DNA of 63,882 nt, counting the filler, from Kipferlia bialata (lineage: Eukaryota), in NCBI GenBank assembly GCA_003568945.1. It is 4 parts of 4 records of this genome, joined end to end, with 100 filler letters (N's around TTAATTAATTAA, not from the genome) between each part and the next. Parts side by side here need not be neighbours in the genome. Positions count along the whole stretch, not along the records: positions 1 to 17,662 come from BDIP01000520.1; 3 more parts are not named here. One strand, written 5' to 3'. Shown in pieces: positions 1-11,808 of this stretch. Within the stretch, counting starts at the first letter, position 1. Each line of letters opens with the position of its first letter. The translations under genes were made by a program, and so were the position numbers. The notes under the pieces are model-generated. The model saw only the letters and a program-made list of their open reading frames with translations. It ran no database searches and had not been told where the DNA came from.

Positions 1-26
1 ATGACCTAACCCTGTCTCTAACACAG

Positions 27-1518
27 ACTGTCAGAGGCCTAGGTCTGGAGGTCCTGGTTTCAGATGATGTGAATGACTATTTCAGATACTTCATTGCTGA
101 GGGGTGAGTAATCCAGTTAGATCTAACTGAAATGTATAGTTTGATAGTCACAATTTGATTCATACTCAATTCCCTTTCACTTCTCCTCGGTTGTCAGGTG
201 CTAGCGTATACGGGGGTATGTATACATAAAAGCGTTTTACGTCTATTATACTTACTCTATCAACAATAGAGTAAGACCCTACCAATGTCAGTCTCTTACC
301 GCAGGATTATCTTAGAGGTTGAGAGAGAAAACATATATGAAATCTCCCCCACCCGTCCCCAGTGGAAGCGGATCAATGCTGCTATAGCTAGGGGGAAGGA
401 CCTTGGATTCCACAGGCTGTCAAGGTACAGTGCTGACAATTTTCTCTCTCTCCCCCACTTGTGAATGCATATGCCCTCTCTCTCTACAATGACTCTGTCT
501 TTCTTCTTATCTTATAATATATCTTATATAATTATCTTATAGTATATTTATATAATTATCTTATATAATAATCCTATAATTCATCTTATAGCAGCCGTGG
601 CCGTCTGGACTATGCTCGTGCAAGTGTGAAAGCGGAGAACATAGAGAAGGTAACTGGGAGGATAGAGTGTATATATGTGTGTGTGTTAAGGTATGGATAT
701 ATGTACAAAATCAGTATGTGCATAGTGACTACTTTAGATACTGCAAATATTATCTCTATTATATGGGGTGCTAATGATACTAACCGCAGGACTTCTGGTG
801 GGTGTGGTACCTACAGAACAAGGAAGCAGAGGGCATCGACTGGGAGGGGAATGTGGTGGAGACAGAGGGAGAGAGGGTGGGTGCATGTATACATAGTATA
901 TGTGTACTACCTAACCCTCACAGCATAACACTTGATCTCTCCTCTCTGCCCCCGCCTGTCTGTAATAATATAGCAATGTGTGAGTTCAGACTCACCAACA
1001 GTCAACGTGTCTTCTAGGTCCTTCTCTGCACTCTCTTCTACTCACCACAGCCTGAGTTCTGGTACGATGCCTGGGGCCCCGTCCTCGTCCAAGCACTTCC
1101 CCAGCTCTTTGGAAGGTGAATATGGTATATATTATGTAATATATATACTAGAGTTACTATTGTATTTATGATGTTTATGATACTGATCCCCGTGCACTGT
1201 CTGCCACAACTGTTTGGAAGGTGTCAGTAAATGGTATATACTCTGTTGTTCTTTCTCCCTATCTCCCCCCATTTCCCCCGCTTCCACAAGTCCAAGTGGT
1301 GTCTCGGAACCAAGTGTATCCACTACTGATAAGGGGTCTAGTACCACTAGCAGTAGTACCAGTCACAAGGCGTCCAAGGGAGCAGCGAAGGTATCAGTAT
1401 CAGTATCAGTATATACTCTATATACCATAGGGTATATATGTGTAATTTATATCATGTTCTCTCTCTACCCCCTTATCACAAGGCGTCCAAGGGAGCAGGG
1501 AGGTATAAGACGGGGTAG
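27..1518 (+). CDS. Hypothetical protein, tandem family copy 1 (multi-exon, 5' part outside window)
   Basis: GT-AG exons splice in frame to TVRGLGLEVLVSDDVNDYFRYFIAEG/IILEVERENIYEISPTRPQWKRINAAIARGKDLGFHRLS/SRGRLDYARASVKAENIEK/DFWWVWYLQNKEAEGIDWEGNVVETEGER/PEFWYDAWGPVLVQALPQLFG/SPSGVSEP...ASKGAGRYKTG*. The exons are homologous to copies 2 and 3. Confidence 0.75.
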
Positions 1519-2151
1519 ATGACGGGATTCGCCCATGCTTGAGGATTGGAGGACATAAGCGTATATACTTGCCCTGACTCTAAGTGACCTTATGGTTACA
1601 TGACCTGTTTCTTGGTGTCTGGTCTCAAGCAAATAGATGTCATGATATATATGGTATATATCTATATGGTATATATCTATATGATATATATGATATATAG
1701 ATGAGATGATTGTATCTGTCACAAGCCGAGGAGGCGCAGGACATGAAAACGATTGGGACGGGGGTGGAATGGGGACATCTATTGTTAATGCATTTGACCA
1801 GGTATAGGATGGTGCTTGTCAGACATTGACCACACCCTGATGCAATCAAAGTGTTCCAAGGTCTGTATCAAGAAGAAATCCCAACCTCATAGAGACACTC
1901 CAGAGACACTCCAGAGACACTCCAGAGACACTCTTGAGACAAAAACTCGACATTCAGACAACTACTATGCTATTGACCAGACCTCTAAGTTACAAATGGT
2001 GTAATGGGTGTTGAATAGGGTTGAAGGAATAATGGAATGAGTCATCCGGTTTTTGGAAGCGGATATTTCTGAAAGGGTCTAGTCAGTGCCTCAAGGACTC
2101 GTATCCACACTGGGTCTCTCCTGTCTCTATCTACAGACCTAGCAGATAGCA

Positions 2152-5100
2152 ATGGACGACTGTTACGTGGTGGAGGTTGATACTGATGATGAGGAGAGTG
2201 TGGAGATAGAAGATGAGTATCAGTGGAGTGAGGAGCACGAGATGTTGGCACAGCAGTATGAGATTACTGGTATTCCAAAGAGGCTTAACACAGCTCTAGA
2301 GATCCAGGTATATATACATGTATATGTATGATAGCAAATGAGCAGTTGGCACAGCAGTATAGGGCGACAGAGGATATACCAGAGGTGCTTGACACAGACC
2401 TTGAGACCCAGGTGTGTATATATATACATATATATATATGAGATGTTAGCAGATCAGTGAGAGAAGACTGGTATTCCGAAGATGCTTGACACAGACCTTG
2501 AGACCCAGGTGTGTATGATGTAGTCACGATAACTGATAACAATGAGTACATATGTATAGTAGTATATCCATTGTGACACTCTAGTATTGAGATCCAGGTG
2601 TATATATATATATGCTATAGTCACGATAACTGGATTTTTCGTGGCTGTGCGTAGTATCCCTCTCTCTCATTCTCTCTCTCTCTATATATTTATATACATA
2701 CACACGTGTGTAGTATGATATATAGTATATATAGTAGATCACAGACCCCTTCGAGGCACTATATATAGTATTCATATACCCTGACCCTGATTCTATATAT
2801 TTGTCTTTCTCTCTCTACACACACACATATTTATATACAAATATATACTGGTCATATATATATGTACTAATATATACTGATCATATCCTGACCCTGTTAT
2901 AACCACCCCTCTTCCGAGCACTAGTGCAGATAGTACTATATATATATGTATATACATATATAGCAGTATATGTATAGTGCGTCTCTCTCATATTCATGTC
3001 CTGACCCTGACTCTGACACAGGTTGCCAGAAGACTCAAGCATGAGGTTTTCGACTATGATGATGTGTATGACTACTTCAGCTACTTCATAGCCGAGGGGT
3101 GAGTGACATACTCTCTAGTTATATTTATACACATGTATAGTGTATATGTATAATGTATATGTTTGTATTATCCACTATTTAAGGTGTATGACTACATCAG
3201 CTACTTCATAGCCGAGGGGTGAGTGATCTGGTTAGTACTCTGTAATAGTCTGTGATCATTCTCCATAACTGATTCATTCTTCCTTTGCTGTCAGGTGCTA
3301 GTGTATGTGGGGTTTATATATATATATATATATATATTGGTAGAGTGTGGCCCCACTAATGTCAGTCTCTGACCCCAGGATTGTCTTCGAGGTTGGGGGA
3401 GAGAACAGCTTCAACATCTACCCCACCCATCCACAGTGGAAGCAGATTAACGCTGCTATAGCTAGGGGGAAGGAGCTTGGATTCCACAGGCTGTCAAGGT
3501 ACAGTGCTGACATTGAGTCTCTTTCTCTCCTTGGTTTCTGTGTCTATTCTCTCTCTACTGGGAAAGAATCCACCCTCTCTCTCTATGGTGACTCTGTCTA
3601 ATAGTAGCCGTGGCCGTCTGGACTATGCTCGTGTACAGTGCTCTCTCTCTCTTTCTCTCTCTCTCTGCTTCAATATTTTGGTTGAAGCCAAACTAACAGT
3701 AGCCGTGGCCGCCTGGACTATGCTCGTGCAAGTGTAAGAGTGGGGATCATAGCGAATGTAAGAGGGAAGATAGAGTATACATGTGTATACATTTATGTAT
3801 ACATACATAGTCAGTAAGTGCAGACACAAACTAATTTAGATACTGTATGTATTTCCCCTATTATATGGTGTCTATATATCTATGTATCTATATCTATATC
3901 TGTATAATGATAATATCTACTATCCCTGTTGTATGTATATAATGCTAACCCCAGACATTCTGGTGGGGGTGGTACATACACATACATACACATATATATA
4001 TGTATATTGGTACAGGATAGCTCCTATACGTATACAGCCTCTATCATGTATGTGGAGTCTGTATGCTGCTAACCCCAGACACTCTGGTGGGGGTGGTACA
4101 CAGTCTCTGGTACTCTGGTACATACAGTATATATATACATAGTCAACACTTTCCTTAATATACATATACAGTCTAACCCCAGACAGTCTGGTGGGGATGG
4201 TAGAGCAAGGGGCTGACGGATATATACTTGTGTATGTATATCCATATAGTGTATATGAATAGTGTATGTACCTGTAGTATTTACCCCAGGCATATTGGTT
4301 CGGGTGGTATTGCGACAACAAGGAGGCTGAGGGAATCGACTGGGACGGGAATGTGGTGGAAGTGGAGGGAGAGAGGGTGGGTTAATGTATATATATGTAT
4401 ATATGTGTACTTCCTTACCCTTACTACATTACCCTTGGTCTCTCCCCTCTGCCCATATGGATACTGATACTGATACTGATACTGCCCAAAATTCCTATTT
4501 CTATTATATAGCTATCTGTGTGTAAATACTCTCCAATAGTCCAATTATCCTCTAAGTCCTAAATTCATAACTCTTGATCTCTCCCCTCTGTCCCCACCAG
4601 TCTGTATGTTATACAGCTATGTGTCATTTTAAAACTCATCTCAGCCTGAGATCTACTACGACACCTGGATGTCTCTCTCTCTATATATATATACTATACA
4701 CTCCATATATATACTATATATATTAATATATATGCACGTCTATATATACCTCTCATCTCAGCCTGATATCTACTACGACATCTGGGGCCCCATCCTGGTG
4801 CAAGCACTGTCACAGATCTTTGGAAGGTATATAGGGTATATAGGGTATATAGGGTATATAGGGTATATGTATGTATGACTTGTGACAGGTATATACTATA
4901 TGTATATATGTATTACATATACTGAATATACAATGTATAGCTGTCATCGTGCAAGCACTGCCACAGATCTTTGGCAGGTGTGGCATGTGCCCCCTATGTG
5001 TCGCTGAGTCATATACTAGGGGCCACATTACATCTCACATCTCACAACATATATCTCATATGTCTTGCACTCTCTTTATTCTCTTGCCATTCTCTTCCAC

Positions 5101-5341
5101 CAGTCCAACTGGTGCCTAGCATTCTGTTCGAGACACAGCAAGAGACTCTCTCTCTCTCTCTCCCCCTATACCTCTCTCTTCCCACAGTCCAACTGGTGCC
5201 TCAACACCTAGTGTGTCCCAGGGTGACAAGCCTGCCAAGGGGTTTATTAGGGTGACCACTACTGCCAAGGGGCCTGGTACTTCTAGCAGCAGTACTAGTC
5301 ACAAGGCGTCCAAGGGAGCAGGGAGGTATAGGACGGGGTAG
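2152..5341 (+). CDS. Hypothetical protein, tandem family copy 2 (multi-exon, acidic N-terminus)
   Basis: ATG at 2152 (MDDCYVVEVDTDDEE...). Exons at about 3022, 3379, 4280, 4762 and 5188 match copy 1 (YFIAEG, PQWKQINAAIARGKELGFHRLS, GIDWDGNVVE, DIWGPILVQAL). Ends ASKGAGRYRTG-TAG. Confidence 0.75.
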
Positions 5342-5859
5342 ATGGCTGGGCTCGCCCATGCTTGAGGATAGGAGAATATATGTGTATGTACCTCCCCTGA
5401 TTCATAGAGACTTGACCCGTCTCTAGCTCTCAAGCATCATAGATATTGAGATAGTATGATACTATCATAGTATCTGGCACAACCCGATACTGAGGAGACG
5501 GAGGACAACGGTTGACACGGGTGTGGAAGAGCTCTATTCATGATTCCTAGTATGATGGGACCATACCATGATACAAGTGTACTGTTCCAATATTTATCAT
5601 CCAACAACCTCATAGATGCAAAGGGTCGGCATTCAGACTTCTATTGCTCTCGACTTGACCTATACCCAGAGGATAATTGGTATATTGGGTGAGTGATGAA
5701 GGCGAATTTATAATAAAATGGCTCAATTAATAATAAAATGGCTCATCCGATTTTTGGAATCGGGCATTTCTGAGAGGGTCTAGTAGATCTAAGACCTATT
5801 TCTGGATACTACTGACTTCTTGCTGTCTCGGTATCTATCTATAGACCTATCCGCTAGCA

Positions 5860-8800
5860 ATGCACGACTGTTACGTTGTTGAAGAGGCGGATTCTGATAT
5901 TGATGAGGATATTGTGTATCCCAGCGTGGGTGAAGAGGAGTATGAAGATGAGTGGACTGAGGAACATGAGATGTTGGCACGGACGTATGAGACGACAGGG
6001 GTCATACCCAAGGTGTTCTGTAGTCCATTCGAGGCCAAGGTGTGTACATGATGATGATATATAGATAGATATAGATATATATACATACATAAATATGTAT
6101 GTGTGTGTGTGTGTGTTTGTGCACATGTATATATTTACATAGTGTATATGGTAGCTGATCCATTCGAGGCCAAGGTATATACATAGTATGTTAACAAGAA
6201 CTGATACAGGCCTCCCACCTTCCAGTCCCAAGTGTATATGGTATGTCTCTCTCTCTCTCTCTCTCTCTATTATATAGATATATATATATCGATATGTATA
6301 TATACTGTTTATACCCTGTGCATGTGTCTGACCCAGGTCCTTAGAAGACTTGGTGTGCAGGTCCTCTCTCTCTCTATCTATATATCTACATATATACATA
6401 TATATACCTACATATTGGTCTGACCCAGGTCCTTAGAAGACTTGGTCTGCAGGTCCTCAAATCCAAAGATGTGCATGCCTATTTCAGCTACTTCGTAGCC
6501 GAAGGGTGAGTCATCTACTACATGAGTATACATATTGTGGTATACATAGTATATATGTAGTGCATGCCTATATATATTATTATATAGCTGTGGGGTGAGT
6601 GACGTATCCATCCACATATATACATACATGCAATACACATCTAGAGTGAATGTTTATAGATAAAGTATACCACTGATTCTGTTATACTGGCATAACTCTG
6701 CTCTCCTCCTAGGTGCCAGTATGAGGGATATATACATGAACTATACATGATGTATATATGTGTGTGAATATACTTCTAGTCCCTACCACTGTCAGTATCT
6801 CTCTCCCTCTCTCTCTCTCTCTGTCTCTGTCTCTCTCACCACAGCATTCTGTTCGAGACACAGCAAGAGACTCTCTGTCTCTCTCTCTTTCGCTCTCCCC
6901 CTATACCTCTCTCACCATAGCATTCTGTTCGAGACACAACAAGAGACGGCGAGACACTATTCCTTTGACCTCTCCCCCTCCAGTGAGCAGTGGAAGGGCA
7001 TATATGCTGCTATCCGGAGGGGGAAGGAGTTAGGATTCCACAGGCTGTCGAGGTACAGTGCTGTCTCTCTCTCTCTCTCCATCTCTGTTGTGTGACACAA
7101 CTTGTGTCATAGTATACATATCTATCTAACATAGGAACTATTTATCTATCAAGGCACAGTGCTCTCTCTCTATCTCTCTCTATCCCGTTGTTTGAATTGA
7201 ATCATTGAATCATTGAATCATTGAATCATTGAATCTAACAGTAGCCGTGCACGTTTGACCTATGCTCGTGCAACTGTACGGGTGGGGATCCTGGAAGAGG
7301 TATATATATAAATGTATATATATATATATGATATATATGATATATATATGATATATATGTATGTAACCTATATGTATACGACCTATGCTGGGGATCCTGG
7401 GAGAGGTAATGAGTTGTATGTCGTATATATAGTATTAATGTTTTGGTATACAGTCTTTGGTATACTGTGAAAGTGTCACAATTATTCTCTCTCTATATTA
7501 TATAGAGTCTATATGTATGCTATATACTCTCTATATGAGCGTCCTGTACTCACTCCACAGTACACTAGCAAATTAATATACTTATATACATATGTATATA
7601 TACATATAGGCCTACCCTAGGAGACACTAGGGTATACCCTCTATATATTCCTCCTGCACTCACCCTAGGAGTACTGGTGGGTGTGATACTACTACTATAT
7701 ATAGTGTTTATGCACTAGTATNNNNNNNNNNNNNNNNNNNNNNNNNNNNNNNNNNNNNNNNNNNNNNNNNNNNNNNNNNNNNNNNNNNNNNNNNNNNNNN
7801 NNNNNNNNNNNNNNNNNNNNNNNNNNNNNNNNNNNNNNNNNNNNNNNNNNNNNNNNNNNNNNNNNNNNNNNNNNNNNNNNNNNNNNNNNNNNNNNNNNNN
7901 NNNNNNNNNNNNNNNNNNNNNNNNNNNNNNNNNNNNNNNNNNNNNNNNNNNNNNNNNNNNNNNNNNNNNNNNNNNNNNNNNNNNNNNNNNNNNNNNNNNN
8001 NNNNNNNNNNNNNNNNNNNNNNNNNNNNNNNNNNNNNNNNNNNNNNNNNNNNNNNNNNNNNNNNNNNNNNNNNNNNNNNNNNNNNNNNNNNNNNNNNNNN
8101 NNNNNNNNNNNNNNNNNNNNNNNNNNNNNNNNNNNNNNNNNNNNNNNNNNNNNNNNNNNNNNNNNNNNNNNNNNNNNNNNNNNNNNNNNNNNNNNNNNNN
8201 NNNNNNNNNNNNNNNNNNNNNNNNNNNNNNNNNNNNNNNNNNNNNNNNNNNNNNNNNNNNNNNNNNNNNNNNNNNNNNNNNNNNNNNNNNNNNNNNNNNN
8301 NNNNNNNNNNNNNNNNNNNNNNNNNNNNNNNNNNNNNNNNNNNNNNNNNNNNNNNNNNNNNNNNNNNNNNNNNNNNNNNNNNNNNNNNNNNNNNNNNNNN
8401 NNNNNNNNNNNNNNNNNNNNNNNNNNNNNNNNNNNNNNNNNNNNNNNNNNNNNNNNNNNNNNNNNNNNNNNNNNNNNNNNNNNNNNNNNNNNNNNNNNNN
8501 NNNNNNNNNNNNNNNNNNNNNNNNNNNNNNNNNNNNNNNNNNNNNNNNNNNNNNNNNNNNNNNNNNNNNNNNNNNNNNNNNNNNNNNNNNNNNNNNNNNN
8601 NNNNNNNNNNNNNNNNNNNNNNNNNNNNNNNNNNNNNNNNNNNNNNNNNNNNNNNNNNNNNNNNNNNNNNNNNNNNNNNNNNNNNNNNNNNNNNNNNNNN
8701 NNNNNNNNNNNNNNNNNNNCTACTACTATATATAGTGTTTATGCACTAATATAATACCAGGAGTACTGGTGGGTCTGGTATGTACAGAACGGTGAGGCAT

Positions 8801-9458
8801 AGATACCTACATATACTAGTGTTACATTAGAGATACATAGAGTATATATATATATACACACACTAACTTAAGGAGTACTGGTGGGTCTGGTATGTACAGA
8901 ACGGTGAGGCTGAGGGTATCGACTGGGAGGGGAATGTGGTGGAGGTAAAGGGAGAGACAAAGGTGGGATCATCTGTATACTCCAACTTCCACTGACTTCT
9001 TGCCCTTACCCCCAGCCTGAGTTCTACTATGACGACTTCGCTCCCATCCTGCTGCACTTCCTGCCACGACTGTTTGGAAGGTATCAGTTTATGGTATATA
9101 CTCTGTACCATATATACTAGATACATTGGATACAGATACAGATACTTCTGCACTTTCTGCAGCAACTGTCTGGAAGGTATGACCTGTACTGACATAATTG
9201 TGTCACATTATATCCTGTATCCTGAATCCAGTGTCCTATATCTAATGTCTTCTGTCATATTCCTATACGATACTATGAATCTTAGACCGGGGTCATCTCA
9301 CTCTCTCTTTTCTCTACACTCTCTTCCAGTGTTGCTCATTCTGTTTACTCTGTCTCTTCGTCTCCACACTCTCTTCCACCAGTACCACTGTTGCCTCTGG
9401 CCCAAGTGTGTCCAAGGGTGACGAGGGGTCTAGCAGGGTGACCAATACTGAGGCCTAG
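5860..9458 (+). CDS. Hypothetical protein, tandem family copy 3 (multi-exon, spans N gap)
   Basis: ATG at 5860 (MHDCYVVEEADSD...). Same exon series: YFVAEG, QWKGIYAAIRRGKELGFHRLS, EYWWVWYVQNGEAEGIDWEGNVVE, PEFYYDDFAP. The stop falls slightly earlier than in the paralogs. Confidence 0.7.
7722..8719. other. Assembly gap (N run)
   Basis: About 1 kb of N. The same ~30 nt (CTACTACTATATATAGTGTTTATGCACTA) flanks both sides. Confidence 0.98.
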
Positions 9459-9884
9459 TAGTCACAAGGCATCCAAGGGAGCAGGGAGGTATAAGATGGG
9501 TGACCAAGGGTGACGAGGGGGCTGGTACTACTAGGCCTAGCATGTATAGTGTATAGCACATATACTATCTATATACTATATATACCAGTGTCCAAGGGTG
9601 ACGAGGGGGCTGGTACTGTCACCATCTGAGTGAAGCTCAACATGAAGACATTCTGAGAGAGTTAAATGCTCTGTCAGGAGTTCTAGGCTTATATTTCTCT
9701 CTCGAGTGAACCCTGTTCTATGCCTATTCCCTTTGGCACGAAATAGACATTTATCTGTACAAAAGTAAGTCACTATTAGAGACTCAACACTGAAACCGGC
9801 TGCAAACTTTGCAGTGCAAAGGCCAGACACCTCCAAGGGATGTATCTATTAACCACTACCTCCCTGGGTATCTAAGTATCTGTG

Positions 9885-11623
9885 TCACTGCATACCGACA
9901 GTCTCAGTGGCCGGGTCCCCACACATTGACCCAAGCAGGCTCTCTCCCTCTAGACCCTTATTGACATCTTGTGGGATGGACCCAGGTCTCTCTCCGTCTA
10001 GATCCATAGGCGTATCTGACAAAGAAGGCGCAGCACCCTTTGGAGGAGCCCGTCTCTCTCTCTCTAGACCCCTATTCTTTGGATCCTGGGGGAGAGAGAG
10101 AGGAACATGCGCGTGTGAGTCCAGTCCCCGAGCACCCACTGCTACCCTGGTCATATGGCTGATAATAAGGGTGTAGAGGGAGAGAGAGAGAGAGAGAGAG
10201 AGAGGAAGAGAGAGAGTGTGTATATATATATGGGAACAGCCTCATATAGCGATATATCAGACATACTACCACACTATGCCGTTGTTGCCTTTCTTACACC
10301 TTGTATATATACATATCTATACATATCTATATACACATATGTATATCATTCTCAATACCTGACACGTACTACTATACTATACTCGAATACAATAGAACAG
10401 GTATCAATGAATGTGGGTGTATGTCCCCGTACCTGTGCACCTCCCTGCACTTCTGGTCAATCTGTCTCAGACGCTCCAGACGCCTATAGGGTGAGTGGAT
10501 GAGACGAGAGTGATACAATGCAACAATGAATGGAACCATACTAATACATAGAGATACTACAATACCCACCTTATTGCTGCGTCTCTGTCCAGCGCCGACC
10601 AGTATATATATACACCTATATATATCATACATTCTATATGGTATATTACATACATATACAATATACCCACCTTATTGCTGCGTCTCTGTCAAGTGCGTAC
10701 CAGCATACAAATATATATATCCTTTTTGATACATTACATATATGTAATACCTTATAGCTGCGTCTCTGTCGAGTGCCGACCCCACTGCGGCAGAGGCCCC
10801 AGTCTCTCTCTCTCTCTCCCCCCCTGCCTCCCCTGCCTCCATCGGCTGTTGCACCACCACAGGCACCACCACCGGCTGCACTGTACGCACACCCCCTGCC
10901 CCCATATGCTGTGGGTACACAGGGTACCCCATGTGGTGGGGGAAGGGGGGGTACCCATACCCATACCCGTACAGCCGAGGGTCAGCATCAACTGGTACAA
11001 GGGGGTATCCAAGGGGGTGGGGCATGTGCATAGAGTGCGTGGAATGGGCAGTGTGTATACAGGGCACCCCTAAGGAGTATGCATTGGTGTCATCCCTGGT
11101 GCATCTGCAGCACGGACACACAACCTCCTCTCTCTCTGCCTCTCTCTCCACAGGGACTGGCTGCACCCTCTCTCTCTCTCTCCCTCTCTCTGCCTGGGTC
11201 TGTACCTGCCTATGTGTCACCCTCCGCCTCTCTACATGTGCCCTGTCTCTCTGATACTGAGCACAGGACACCCTCTCTCCCTCTGCCTCTCTCTCTCTCT
11301 CCCATATAGGTGGGGGGGATACCCTATCCACACTGACAGACAGGCCTCTCTCTCTCTCTCTCTGACTGACGCTAAGGGGGTCAGGCATAACAAACGCCAG
11401 GGAGTGCGTGTCCCTCTCTCTCTCTCTCTCTGTGGGTTGAGTAACAGTCTCTCTCGCCCTGTCTGACTCAGTGTGTGTGTGCCTCTCTCTCTCTCTCCCC
11501 CTCTCCCTCCCCCCATGGACGTGTACCACCTCAGGCACCACTCTCTGTCTCTCTCTCTCCCTGGGTCTCTCTCTCTCCTCCTCCCTCTCCCTCTCAGTGT
11601 GTCTGGTGGGGGAGGCCCTGGGG

Positions 11624-11662
<39 letters not shown>

Positions 11663-11776
11663 CAAGTACTCCTATATATATATATAGAGAGAGAGAGAGA
11701 TAATATGTAGAGTGTCTGGTGGGGGAGGCCCTGGGGGTCAGATATACACTGAGCTCTACCTAAATATATAAGCACT

Positions 11777-11808
<32 letters not shown>

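Noticed and set aside
7195..7235. Short tandem repeats (ATTGAATC)n; also 1891-1932, 4828-4866 and 33434-33463
   Set aside because: Ordinary minisatellite slippage with no sign of function or of a telomeric array.
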